Assembly: GCA_963743915.1 (NCBI GenBank)
Contig: CAVURN010000002.1
Location: 256,001-320,000 of the forward strand
Source: an uncultured Actinomycetota bacterium
GTDB taxonomy: Bacteria > Actinomycetota > Actinomycetes > JAHEKZ01
DNA length: 64,000 nucleotides
Direction: 5' to 3'
In this document: one piece after another, positions 40,073-50,453 of the stretch
Layout of the letters: each line of letters starts with the position of its first letter
Numbering within the stretch: the stretch's first letter is position 1
The notes under the pieces: model-generated
Told to the model about the DNA's origin: nothing
Seen by the model: the letters and a program-made list of their open reading frames with translations, nothing else
The model's database searches: none
Made by a program: the position numbers and the translations under genes

Positions 40073-40405
40073 TCAGGCCTTGAAGAGGTGGCGACGGATC
40101 GCGGCAGCGTTGGCGAAGATGCGGATCGAGAAGACGACGACGACTCCCGTGGACAGCTGCGCACCGACGCCGAGCTGGTCCCCGAGGAAGACCACCAGAG
40201 CAGCGACGAGGACGTTGCCGATGAACGAGATGACGAAGACCCGGTCGTTGAAGATGCCCTCGAGCAGTGCGCGGCTGGCGCCGAAGACCGCGTCGAGTGC
40301 GGCGACGACGGCGATCGGCAGGTAGGGCTGCAGTCCCGCCGGGATCGTCGGCTCCAGTACGAGGCCGAGCACGATCCCCGCGATCAGGGCGAGCAAGGCG
40401 ATCAC
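40073..40405 (-). CDS. Small basic protein Sbp (DUF1290)
   Basis: PYLPIAVVAALDAVFG, GVVVVFSIRIF.N.AAIRR; lies between two DUF881 genes. Confidence 0.88.
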   Translation of the reverse strand: MIALLALIAGIVLGLVLEPTIPAGLQPYLPIAVVAALDAVFGASRALLEGIFNDRVFVISFIGNVLVAALVVFLGDQLGVGAQLSTGVVVVFSIRIFANAAAIRRHLFKA

Positions 40406-41223
40406 GAGCCCTCTCCCTTCCGGAGGTAGCGCACCTGCAGGTCCGAGCGCCCCGGCACGGTCAGGTCGGACCGAGCGTCGACGTCGACCTGCATGCCGTA
40501 GCTCGCCTCCAGCTCTGCGAGCTGGGCCCGTGCCGAACCCTGTGCGAAGGCGTCCGCCAGCCCGTCCGGCCCCACAGCGGTCACCCGGTAAGGGGGAACC
40601 AGCGGCCGGAATCCGACGAGGACAGCAGATCCGGCAGAGCGGATCGGCGACAGCGAGGTGATCCGCTGGTCGTTGACGGCGACCGCGGTGGCACCGGCCG
40701 CGAACAGGCCGTTGACCGCCAGCTGCACGTCGGTGTCGAGGACCCGGGCCAGGTCGGGGCCCCCCTCCCCCGCCGGCGCGGGCGGACCGTCGTCGAGAAC
40801 GACCTCGACGCCGCTGCCGCTCACCGGGGCCAGACCGACGGCGGCGGACAACGCGTCGGCCTCCGCGCTCAGCGCGCGGTCGGCCTCCGTGCCCCCGAGC
40901 GCCTTGGTCTGCAGTGACTCCACGCGGGAGTAGAGCGTGCTGACCCGCGTCTCTGTCGTGTCGAGCGCCTGCGACTCGGCGACGACGCGGTCGGCCAGCT
41001 CCGCGCGCGTCTGGTTGGCACTCGGCGCACCCTGACGCACCTGCAGCACGGCCGCGACGACCAGCGTGGCCAGCAGTCCGATGGCCGCGGCGAAGACCAG
41101 CGAGTGACGCCAGTCCAGGGGTCGGTGCGGACCGCGTGCGGCTGCCTCCTGGTAGCCGGGGTCGAGTGCGTCGGCGACGATCCGGTTGAGCAGCGAGAGC
41201 GAGGCGTCCCCGTGACCCGTCAT
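40402..41223 (-). CDS. DUF881 domain protein
   Basis: LDPGY, VNGLFAAGATAVAVNDQR, PPYRVTAVG. Confidence 0.85.
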   Translation of the reverse strand: MTGHGDASLSLLNRIVADALDPGYQEAAARGPHRPLDWRHSLVFAAAIGLLATLVVAAVLQVRQGAPSANQTRAELADRVVAESQALDTTETRVSTLYSRVESLQTKALGGTEADRALSAEADALSAAVGLAPVSGSGVEVVLDDGPPAPAGEGGPDLARVLDTDVQLAVNGLFAAGATAVAVNDQRITSLSPIRSAGSAVLVGFRPLVPPYRVTAVGPDGLADAFAQGSARAQLAELEASYGMQVDVDARSDLTVPGRSDLQVRYLRKGEGS

Positions 41224-41816
41224 GCGTCGACCTCGAGGCGACGGCCCCCGAGGACGGCAGACGCCTGCTCCGCGTAGAGGACCGCCGACCACCAGTAGAT
41301 GCCCAGCCCCCAGATGACGAACGCCCACGCCAGTGGCTTGGCGACGTCGCTGATGGGGTCGTCGGACGTGGTGAGGAAGAGGAGGGGCATGCCGTAGAGG
41401 AGACAGAGGGTGGCGGCCTTGCCCACATAGTGCACGGGCAGCGGATCGAGTCCGCGTCGGTGCACCACCAGCTGCACTCCCCCCATGAACACGTCCCGCA
41501 GGACCAGCAGGACGACCACCCACCACGGCACGATGTCGCGGATCGCCAGGACGACCACAGTGGACGCCACGAAGAGGCGGTCCGCGATGGGATCCAGCAG
41601 CTGTCCCACCCGCGAGACGAGGTGGTAGCGCCGGGCGATCACGCCGTCCAACCAGTCGGTGACGGCGCTGACCGCCAGGATCGCGAAGGCCCAACGATCT
41701 GCCTCCGGGCCCAGTGCGACCCAGACGAAGAGCGGGATGAGCAGCAGCCGCATCAGCGACAGGAGGTTGGGGACGGTGAGGATGCGGTCGGAGACCTCGT
41801 CGGACTCGGGCGTCAC
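41220..41816 (-). CDS. CDP-alcohol phosphatidyltransferase (PgsA2/cardiolipin synthase-like)
   Basis: TVPNLLS, DWLDGVIAR....S.VGQLLDPIADR. Confidence 0.9.
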   Translation of the reverse strand: MTPESDEVSDRILTVPNLLSLMRLLLIPLFVWVALGPEADRWAFAILAVSAVTDWLDGVIARRYHLVSRVGQLLDPIADRLFVASTVVVLAIRDIVPWWVVVLLVLRDVFMGGVQLVVHRRGLDPLPVHYVGKAATLCLLYGMPLLFLTTSDDPISDVAKPLAWAFVIWGLGIYWWSAVLYAEQASAVLGGRRLEVDA

Positions 41817-41945
41817 GACGGCACCTCCCTCCACCTCCACGTCGCAGCGACCCGACCGCTCACGTTCCTGCTGCGTGGACCGAGCCTAACCGGCGGACTC
41901 GGCGCCGCAGATGCCGTCGGCACCCGGCTCGTCTAGCGTTCGACC

Positions 41946-42641
41946 ATGGCATCCGACGATCCCGACAGCCGACCCTCGATCGCTGCCACCCGGAACGGTC
42001 CGTACCGCGTCCGCGGGGTGAGCCGCATCGTCTGGCGCGAGCCGGTCAAGACCGAGGCCGGCGAACCCATCGCCTGGCGGACCGGCGAGATCGTGGCCGA
42101 CGAGGAGAAGGAGTACTGGCTCTGTCGCTGCGGGAACTCGCAGAACAAGCCGTTCTGCGACAGCAGTCACCGACGGGTCGGCTTCGAGGCGAAGGACATG
42201 GCCGACACCGCGCCGAGAGCGGACCGTCTCGCGTCCTACGGCGAGGAGCCGAGCCTCGACGACGACCGCAGCCTCTGCTCACACGCCGGGTTCTGCGCCA
42301 CCACGGCGACCAATGCGTGGAAGGTCGCGGCCCGCAAGGATCTCGACACCGAGGGTCGTTCCCAGCTGATCGCGATGGGACAACGGTGCCCCTCAGGGGC
42401 GCTCACCGTACGCATGGATGAAGACGTCCTCGAGCCGGCGCTGCCCGTCGAGATCGCTCTGGTTCCCGATGGACCGCTCTGGGTGACGGGTGGCGTCCAG
42501 GTGGAGCGCTCGGACGGAGCGGAGCTCGAGGTGCGCAACCGCATGACGCTGTGTCGATGCGGGGCCTCGAAGAACAAGCCGCTGTGTGACGGCTCCCACG
42601 CCGACGTCGGCTTCGCGCACCGCCCGAGCCGGCCCGAGTAG
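41946..42641 (+). CDS. CDGSH iron-sulfur domain protein (two CDGSH domains flanking a Cys-rich Fe-S domain)
   Basis: LCRCGNSQNKPFCDSSH, CSHAGFC..CPSGAL, LCRCGASKNKPLCDGSH. Confidence 0.88.
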   Translation: MASDDPDSRPSIAATRNGPYRVRGVSRIVWREPVKTEAGEPIAWRTGEIVADEEKEYWLCRCGNSQNKPFCDSSHRRVGFEAKDMADTAPRADRLASYGEEPSLDDDRSLCSHAGFCATTATNAWKVAARKDLDTEGRSQLIAMGQRCPSGALTVRMDEDVLEPALPVEIALVPDGPLWVTGGVQVERSDGAELEVRNRMTLCRCGASKNKPLCDGSHADVGFAHRPSRPE

Positions 42642-42703
42642 CCGGCGAGCAGGGTCACCCCGTAGGCCCCGCAGAGCGACACCCATGCCAGAGTGACCCT
42701 GCT

Positions 42704-43802
42704 ATGACCACGGTGATCCTGCACATCGGCGCCTTCAAGACCGGCACCAGCTACCTCCAGACCGTCCTCGCGGGCGGACGGGACCGTCTGGCCGCCCTGG
42801 GGGTGCTCTGGCCCGGCGTCAACTGGCTGGCGCAAGTGGCCGCCGCTCGGGGTCTGATCAAGCTGCGCCCCGCCCAGCTCACCGCCTGGGACGACCTGGT
42901 CGGCGAGATCGATCAGTGGTCCGGATCCCGAGCGATCCTGTCGATCGAGACGCTGTCCCTGGTGGGACCACGAGGTGTCGAGATGGCGCGAGCCTCACTC
43001 GCCGGGCACCGCGTGCAGGTCGTTCTCACGGCGCGCGATCTCGGACGCGTGATACCGGCCCAGTGGCAGGAGTCGGTGCAGAACGGCAAGACCTGGTCGT
43101 ACCGCGACTACCTGGAGGGCGTCACGACCGGCGACGAGTCGTCACCCGCCTTCACGCACTTCTGGTCCAAGCACGACTGGGGTCAGATCCTGCGCACTTG
43201 GTCCGCTGTGTCGGACGACGTCGAGCTCACGGTCGTCACGGTTCCCCCTTCCGGCGCTCCCAGAGATCTCCTCTGGCGACGATTCTGCGAGGCCACCGAT
43301 CTCGACGCTGACGACTTCGACCACGGCATCCGCGTCAACGAGTCGCTGGGTGCGGCGTCAGCGGAAGTGGTGCGCTACGTCTCGATGGAGAAGGAGGGGT
43401 CGGCGTCCCCGCTGCAACGCACGAAGGTCGTGAAGGATGCACTGGCGCAAGGCGTCCTCATCCCCCACAAGGCAGACGAACCGCGGCTCGTGCTGCCGGA
43501 GAGCCTTCGACCGTGGGCGACTCGAGGCGAGTGACGCGCTCATCGAGGATTTGATGACGGTGCAGCCACGGATCGTCGGTGACCTCGACGACCTGCGTCC
43601 GACCTTCCATACGCTGCGCGAGCACGAGACGGACGACCCGAGCGCTCTTCCGAGCCCGGTGCTGCTGAAAAGCGCAGGAGTCGGACTATTGGGACTTCTC
43701 GAGCTGCTCGTCGCAGAGCGGCGCTGTGGCGCCGGATCGGGACGACGCCCCTGGTCACAGGCGTGCGACGAGCGATCACTCCTGATCCGACGACGGCGGT
43801 GA
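42704..43802 (+). CDS. Sulfotransferase-fold (P-loop) hypothetical protein, frameshift near 43530
   Basis: LHIGAFKTGTSYLQ, WQESVQNG, NESLG, IVGDLDDLRP. Confidence 0.6.
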
Positions 43803-43895
43803 TGACTCCCTCACGACTCACCGCGACATGCCGCAGATTTCAGGTCGCGTGATCAAACCGTTACTCTCGCTGAAACCTCAAGCAGGGAGAACATC

Positions 43896-44703
43896 TTGAT
43901 CGCACGTACCAAGAAGCCCATCACCGTCCTCCTGGCGGCACTGGCCGTCGTCGCTGTGAACCAAGTGGCCGCATCGGCCACCGCATCGCAGCAGTCGGGT
44001 CGGGACGCGACGGTGACGGCCGATGGCACTCGTGCAGCGCGCTTCGAGCGTTGGGCGACGATCACGAAGATCCCCGGCGGTTACTACTACGACGCGGGTC
44101 AGCAGGACACCAACCTCGTCATCACGCGGGTGAACGGCGGTGTGCGCTTCGCCGACAGTCGCACCGACGTCGTCCGGTCGAAGCCGGACTCCTGCCGCAA
44201 GAAGCACGGCTGACCGCGGTGTCGTGGTGGTCTGCCGCGTTCCCGGAACGGTCAGCCCCCGCAATCCGATGACCATCAAGGTCTTCACCCGCCTGGGCAA
44301 CGACACGGTGGACGCCTCTGCGCTCCCCGCATCCTTGGAGCTCTACGGCCTGGCCGATGCCGGTCGGGACACGTTCAAGGGTGGGGCGGGCAACGACTTC
44401 GTCAACGGCGCGCAGAACCGGGATCGCATCTGGGGTGGTCCAGGCAACGACTGGCTCCGGGGCAACCTCGGCGATGACGACCTTTACGGCGGCGCCGGCC
44501 ACGACCAGCTCGTCGGTGTCTACGGTCACGACCTGATCATCGGCGGACGCGGTAACGACCGAGTGGGTGGCGGCCCCGCCAACGACCGGCTCTTCGCCGG
44601 CCCTGGCGACGACTTCGTCCTCTGTGGCACGGGAAGCGACAACGTCAGCGCCGAGCGTCTTGACCGCATCCTGCAGGACTGCGAGTCGATCTCCCGCTCG
44701 TGA
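43896..44703 (+). CDS. Secreted RTX/hemolysin-type Ca-binding repeat protein, frameshift near 44210
   Basis: Signal peptide; GGxGND nonapeptide repeats. Confidence 0.75.
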
Positions 44704-44724
44704 GCTGAGCAGGTCTGGCTGGCG

Positions 44725-45513
44725 CTAGCCGTCAGCGCTTCGTGGCTCGGTTTCGACGGGACCGATCCAGTCGTCCGTCGCGACCTCGATGGCGTCGATC
44801 GAGAAGTCCACGGTGACGAGGTTGAGCACCCCGAACGCCGCCGTGGTCACAGGGTTGGCGGGTGAGTCGACGTGATCGACCGTGACCGTCTCGACTGGCT
44901 GGCTGCCGGCGAGCCCGGCGCCGGTGAAGACGCGCAGCACGCTGCGACCGTGGGGCTGCTGCGACTGGTCGAAGGCGACCTCCAGGCGGATCCACTCCTG
45001 GAGCGGGAGTGGTGCCGCCGACTGGTGCGCCGCATCGAACCTCGAACCGTCATGGAGCGTGACGTATCCGGCCTCGTCCATCCGCAGTGCGAGCACGTCT
45101 TCGCCGGGCGGTGTCACGCTGGGCGACGTCTCGAGCGTGAGGAACCGCATCACGTCACTCGGGTACTGATCGATCCACAGGTAGACGCGCTCGAAGATGC
45201 GTGACGTTCCCCTCGAGTCGGTGAACTCGACCTTCGTCCGGATGTACTGGCCACTGGACGCGTAGCGGCCAACGAACGCGCCATCAATTGGCAACGGAGT
45301 CGACGCGAATGTCGCTGGTTCGTTGACGACGACGTTGAAGATCGAGTTGCCCGTGGTGACGTTCTCGCCTTCGGATCCTCCTTCGAAGGACTCAGTCACC
45401 GGGAGGTCAAAGGGTGTGACACCTCCGCTCCCGTCTTCGCTGTCAGAGGTGCAGCCCCCCACGACGACGGCAAGACCCAGAGCGAGGACGCCGGCCGACG
45501 CTCGGAATCTCAC
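44725..45513 (-). CDS. Putative lipoprotein with beta-sandwich-like domain
   Basis: Lipobox-like LAVVVGGC; beta-rich body; function unknown. Confidence 0.55.
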   Translation of the reverse strand: MRFRASAGVLALGLAVVVGGCTSDSEDGSGGVTPFDLPVTESFEGGSEGENVTTGNSIFNVVVNEPATFASTPLPIDGAFVGRYASSGQYIRTKVEFTDSRGTSRIFERVYLWIDQYPSDVMRFLTLETSPSVTPPGEDVLALRMDEAGYVTLHDGSRFDAAHQSAAPLPLQEWIRLEVAFDQSQQPHGRSVLRVFTGAGLAGSQPVETVTVDHVDSPANPVTTAAFGVLNLVTVDFSIDAIEVATDDWIGPVETEPRSADG

Positions 45514-45590
45514 GACGCCCCCCTGCGGTCCACTGCGGACGTCCATGGTCTCATCCGAGATCGGCACTGGCGCAGAGGCCGAGCATGCGC

Positions 45591-46697
45591 CTAGGACGCA
45601 GCGAGCGTCAGCTTCAGTTCCTGCCCACGAAGCTGCGCGAGCCGCAGCACCTCCTGCTCCAGGGCGGGAGTGGGCACGCGACCAGCCTCTTCGAACCACG
45701 AGACCACCACATCGTTCCCGCGGACGCGCCACGTGCCGGACACGCGTCCACCACGGATAGCCAAGTTCGAGCCCTTGGTCGCCAATCCCCGTCGGGTCGG
45801 GTCGAGCAGGAGCTCGTCGGCGGTTCCCGGCCCGAGTATCCACGGGTCGTACCCCGGCAGCAGGCGGACGCTGTTGGACGGTTCGGCGTCCGTCAGCTGG
45901 TCCAGGTCTGAGGTCAGGGCATAGGCACTCACGCCGTCGACGCTGACGGAGGTGATGGTGTCGCCGAGATCGGCCAGCCACTCCCCCAGTCGGCGTCGCG
46001 GAACGCTGAGTCCCGCGCAAAGCCAGTACTCGAGGTTGTCGAGCGTCGCTGGGCCATAGCTGCCCAGGTACAACGCGACCGCACGCCGTCCGGCGTCGTC
46101 GATCTCCGGCAACCCTGGCCAACGCGGGTCACCGTCGAGAAGCCGGAACGTCGCGTGCCCCCCTCTGCTGGGTCCGAAACAGATGTCACCCCACCAGAAG
46201 AGCGGCTTGTACAGGGTGTCCGAGCCGTATCCCGTCGCCCCTTCGGCCAGGTGCCGCAAGGCGGGGATACCCGCGATGTGACGTCCGATCTCGGCCCGTG
46301 TCGCCGGCCCGCGCGAAAGCAGCTCCCGCACGGCGTCCCGCCAGGGCTGCCAGTCATCCAGCCTGAAGTGGCCCTGCTTCTGATAGCGGTTCGTCTCCCA
46401 GACACGGGTTGTGGTGCGGCAGGCGAGCAGCACCGAAGCGACCTCTGGGGTGAACACGTAGGAGCCGCCTCGGAAGGCGTAGCTGCGGATGACCTCCCCG
46501 GTCTCCAGAGCTCGATCGAGCGCGCCAGCATCGGGCGCCGTCATCCGCATGCGGACCATGAGGTCTGCGAGGTCGAAGGGCCAACCACGGAACGCAACTA
46601 CGCGTTCAGCCACATCCGTGACCCTGGTTCCCGCCACCGGCTCCAGCGCGTGCCTCTGGAGGCGCCACGCAAGCGCCCTGGATCCACCGAGCTTCAC
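45591..46697 (-). CDS. AlkZ/YcaQ-like winged-helix DNA glycosylase family protein
   Basis: RSYAFRG, YLGSYGPAT, VRLLPGYDP, GRVSGTW. Confidence 0.75.
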   Translation of the reverse strand: MKLGGSRALAWRLQRHALEPVAGTRVTDVAERVVAFRGWPFDLADLMVRMRMTAPDAGALDRALETGEVIRSYAFRGGSYVFTPEVASVLLACRTTTRVWETNRYQKQGHFRLDDWQPWRDAVRELLSRGPATRAEIGRHIAGIPALRHLAEGATGYGSDTLYKPLFWWGDICFGPSRGGHATFRLLDGDPRWPGLPEIDDAGRRAVALYLGSYGPATLDNLEYWLCAGLSVPRRRLGEWLADLGDTITSVSVDGVSAYALTSDLDQLTDAEPSNSVRLLPGYDPWILGPGTADELLLDPTRRGLATKGSNLAIRGGRVSGTWRVRGNDVVVSWFEEAGRVPTPALEQEVLRLAQLRGQELKLTLAAS

Positions 46698-46893
46698 CGC
46701 AGTCAGCCTAACTGCGTTGGGTGATATCACGCTGACGCACGGCATCAGCCTCGTCGGACGCGCTCGGCGGGCTGGGCCCATGGACCCTGTGCCCACAATG
46801 GAGCCGTCACTACGGTGAGTGCGAGGACGTGAACCGTACACCTACCGGCCCGACGCGGCTGTCGTGCTCCACTGCCTGAGTGGGAGGGGAACC

Positions 46894-47775
46894 ATGAGCC
46901 TTCCTGTGCAGCCGCTCGTCGACTTCATCCCGCCGAGTCGTGTCCTCGCTCCCCCGCGCTTGACCGAGCGTTATCCGGCCCTGTTCCCTCTCGCCGTCCG
47001 GGTCCACCGAGCACGACGTCGGCTGGCCTGGATGCGGTCCACGACACCGTGGAGCAGGAGACGATCCGACGTACCCCTTGATTTTCGCGTCAAGAAGCAC
47101 AACTCTCTGCTGCTTCGCCAGCTCGGTGACAGCGACATGCAGCTGCAGCACAACAAGGTGACGAACCTCAGGCTGGCCTCGGATCGCATGGACGGTCTCC
47201 TGATACGTCCCGGGGAGACATTCTCCTTCAACAAGGTGGTGGGCAACTGCACCCGCAGAAAGGGGTACCTCGAAGGCATGCGGCTGTCCAACGGGGCGGC
47301 GCACGCGGGAGTCGGCAGCGGCATCTGCCAGCTGGCCAACCTGCTGCACTGGATGTTCTTGCACTCGCCCCTCACCATCGTGGAACGTTCCGAGCACAGC
47401 TTCGACCCCTTCCCCGACAACGAGCGAGTGCTCCCTTGGGGCGTCGGCTGTTCCATCGTCTACAACTACGTGGACCTAGTGGTTCGCAATGACACGGCCG
47501 TCACTTTTCAGATCCTCGTCCGCGTGGGTGAGCGATATCTGGAGGGTGAGTTGAGAGCGGACCAGCCGACTGACGTCTCTTACCGGGTGTTCGGGCAGAA
47601 CGAGCACTTCATGAGGCACAACTGGGAGTACTTCCGCAGCAACGAGATCTGGCGCACCGTCATCGACAAGAGAACGGGCGACGCGCTGCGCTCGGAACAC
47701 GTCAAGAGCAACTGTGCGAAGGTGATGTACACACCCACGGGGGTACCCGTCGTCGACGTACTCGATCGGGTCTAG
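46894..47775 (+). CDS. VanW family protein
   Basis: NKVTNLRLA, IRPGETFSF, GICQLAN, ERSEHS, YNYVDL. Confidence 0.85.
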   Translation: MSLPVQPLVDFIPPSRVLAPPRLTERYPALFPLAVRVHRARRRLAWMRSTTPWSRRRSDVPLDFRVKKHNSLLLRQLGDSDMQLQHNKVTNLRLASDRMDGLLIRPGETFSFNKVVGNCTRRKGYLEGMRLSNGAAHAGVGSGICQLANLLHWMFLHSPLTIVERSEHSFDPFPDNERVLPWGVGCSIVYNYVDLVVRNDTAVTFQILVRVGERYLEGELRADQPTDVSYRVFGQNEHFMRHNWEYFRSNEIWRTVIDKRTGDALRSEHVKSNCAKVMYTPTGVPVVDVLDRV

Positions 47776-48201
47776 ACGCATCCAAATGCTTGAGCACCGC
47801 CCACGCCCGATCCGGCGCTGGGACACGCTCGCCGACACGGAATCCTATTGACCGGAACTGACTAGCGCTTCGATCCGACGCGTCGTACCGTCGACGGATA
47901 CGAGAAGGGAGGTGGTCCAAGCTTGATAAGCCATAGGACACGTGAGGTGGCTGCCAGCTAGCCGCCGACTGACGGCCCACCGGTGCGCCATGAGGCGGCC
48001 GGCGAGTCCAAGGCAGTCACCCGACCCGCGGGCGCCGAGACATGTCCCTCGGTCCACCGGCAGCAACGCCGGGCCCGCGGGTCGTCCTTGTCCACTCCGG
48101 AACCCAGCCGTCGTCGTGGCGGGATCGGCAGGGCCGAAGGGCTCGCGCGGGCGGGCGAGGCAGACAGCTGAGGGGAATGGACAGCCGCCCTCTCCGGCAT
48201 C

Positions 48202-48360
48202 GTGAAGTACCCCCTCAAGGGGCCCGAAGAAGTCGTCTACACCGGAGAGGGATGGGAGCTCCTTGTCGATGATCGCGTCAAGGGACGACACGTCTACTTC
48301 CGAGACTCCCTGAACCAGGGTGCGGAGGGCATCTACAAGATCATCGATCCCCTACTCTGA
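48202..48360 (+). CDS. Possible 52-aa small ORF or gene remnant (not in ORF track)
   Basis: GTG AAG TAC ... MKYPLKGPEEVVYTGEGWELLVDDRVKGRHVYFRDSLNQGAEGIYKIIDPLL; protein-like composition. Confidence 0.35.
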   Translation: MKYPLKGPEEVVYTGEGWELLVDDRVKGRHVYFRDSLNQGAEGIYKIIDPLL

Positions 48361-48455
48361 CCCGCGCAACGACACGGCCGACTCTGGATTCCGGAGCCAC
48401 GCGCGGGGCGAGGCGGCACGGGTGCAGACTGACTGCACAGGGACCGAGCTGCGAG

Positions 48456-49619
48456 GTGGTCGGGATGGGTCGTCTGGGACGAGCAAGCGTCGGGACTTTG
48501 CTCTTGGCCATGGTGGGGGCGGTGGCCACTCTGCCGGCGGACGCCGCCGGCCCTGGGACACCGGTGACCTTCGGCACCAACACCTTCGGGCAGTTCGGTG
48601 ACGGGTCGCCCATCTCCTCGGTGCGGACGACGCCGCGCGCCGTCACTGGCCTGACGGACGTGATTCAGCTGCACGGGGGTCGGGAGCATGTCCTCGCGCT
48701 CCGAGCGAACGGGACCGTGGCCGCGTGGGGCAGCAACGCAAAAGGCCAGATCGGCGACGGAACGACGGTCTCGGTCCGATCAACCCCTGTCCAAGTTCCG
48801 GGCCTTTCCTCGATAGCCGAGGTCTCGACTGGTCACTACCACTCCCTGGCGCGGAGGAGTGATGGAACCGCCTGGGTCTGGGGATTCAACGCACTCGGCC
48901 AGCTCGGTGATGGGACGAGGACCAACCGACGCTCCCCCAAGCGGTACGGGACTTTCACGAACGTCGAGCACGTGGCCGGCGGCCGCGACATGAGCTACGT
49001 CGTCCTGGCCGACGGAACCGTGTGGTGCTCCGGGGGCAACTCCTACGGCGAGTGCGGTGACGCCACCCTGACTCAACGACGCACCCCGGTGCGGGTGAGC
49101 GGGCTCACGGACGTCGTCCAGGTTGCCGGTGGGCGCAACCATGGGCTCGCTCTCCGTTCGGATGGCACGGTCTGGGCTTGGGGACGCAACACGTCAGGCC
49201 AGCTCGGAGACGGGACGCTCACCAACCGGACTCGGCCGGTGCGCATCACCGGGCTCACCGATGTGATCGGTATCGCGGCGGGGGCTACCCACAGTGTCGC
49301 GGTGCTCGCCAACGGGACGGTCCGAGCGTGGGGCGAGAACTCGCGGGGCAACCTCGGGCTCGGCGACACCGCAGACCGCCGCACCCCCACCGTGGTTCCA
49401 GGAATCACGACCGCGAGGAGCGTCGGGGCCGGACGCGACCACACCTTTGTGGTCACCGAGGCAGGCGCTGTCTATATCTGGGGCTGGAACATCTACGGCC
49501 AGGTCGGTGACCCGTCATTGCAGAACGTCCGGACGCCTCGACGCATGCCGGGTGTCAGCGGGGTGACGTCGGTTGGTGGTGGGCAGGCCTACTCAGTCCT
49601 GCTGACCACGGGCGGCTGA
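48456..49619 (+). CDS. Secreted RCC1/BLIP-II-like beta-propeller repeat protein
   Basis: Signal peptide; about 7 repeats of H.LAL..DGTVWAWG.N..GQLGDG. Confidence 0.88.
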   Translation: MVGMGRLGRASVGTLLLAMVGAVATLPADAAGPGTPVTFGTNTFGQFGDGSPISSVRTTPRAVTGLTDVIQLHGGREHVLALRANGTVAAWGSNAKGQIGDGTTVSVRSTPVQVPGLSSIAEVSTGHYHSLARRSDGTAWVWGFNALGQLGDGTRTNRRSPKRYGTFTNVEHVAGGRDMSYVVLADGTVWCSGGNSYGECGDATLTQRRTPVRVSGLTDVVQVAGGRNHGLALRSDGTVWAWGRNTSGQLGDGTLTNRTRPVRITGLTDVIGIAAGATHSVAVLANGTVRAWGENSRGNLGLGDTADRRTPTVVPGITTARSVGAGRDHTFVVTEAGAVYIWGWNIYGQVGDPSLQNVRTPRRMPGVSGVTSVGGGQAYSVLLTTGG

Positions 49620-50275
49620 TGAGTCATCGGGGCCCACGACAAGATCCCCCAGCAGGGGGTATGAAGTGCGCGCTTCCACGGGTATCCCGATAGCCCCTAT
49701 TCCGTACTCTCTCACCATCCGCATGACCATCCCCGCCCCTCATAGCTGGCCCCGTGACAACCACACCGATGCCTAGTAGCCCAAAGACTCGAGGGCTCGC
49801 ACACGGGCGAATGCCGTCCGACCCTTGCAGAATAGGCCCGAGGCAGACGCTCAAAGGACGACTCGAGGTGACTGCAATCGGCCGCTCCCATTCCTCCGCG
49901 GAGCGCCGCACCGCGCGAAGTCGTAGTCCTCGGTTACGGCAGGGGCTTCGCCCACGCACGTGGAGGCATAGGGCCTCGGGGCAAGCGCAGGGAGACACCG
50001 AAACGTGCTGCGCGGTGACTCTATTCAGAGATCATCTTCGACGGTAGGTCCTGAAACTGGCGCCGCACCTGTGACGAAGAGAGGTCCAAGATGCTCGTAG
50101 GTAATCACGCACCGCCGACCTCTGCGAAGTAGAAATGCTCCCTGTCGCAGGACATGGCCTTGTGTGACGTCGCCCGGCGCCCCGGAGCCCGCCCCTCGCA
50201 GGGCCACACACGCTGAGTCGGGGCGGCTCACGGGGTGAAGTCGAAATCATCCCTGGAGATGATGAGGGAAACGTA

Positions 50276-50419
50276 GTGCCCCCCCACTACCGCGGGGCCT
50301 GCATCCCCATCCGCAACGACGTCGACTGCTCAGAGATCCCGGACCGCAACTTCCACGTCTTCGACATCGACGTCTACGGACTGGACAGTGATGGTGATGG
50401 GGTCGCCTGCGAATCGTAG
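50276..50419 (+). CDS. Stand-alone Excalibur Ca-binding domain ORF or remnant (47 aa, not in ORF track)
   Basis: ...HYRGACIPIRNDVDCSEIPDRNFHVFDIDVYGLDSDGDGVACES*. Confidence 0.7.
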   Translation: MPPHYRGACIPIRNDVDCSEIPDRNFHVFDIDVYGLDSDGDGVACES

Positions 50420-50453
50420 GAGCAGCGATCAGGCTCGGACCGAACTCGAGGCT

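Noticed and set aside
43736-43748. att duplication of the tRNA-Pro 3' end (TCGGGACGACG)
   Set aside because: Only about 10 bp with a mismatch in GC-rich DNA; not significant.
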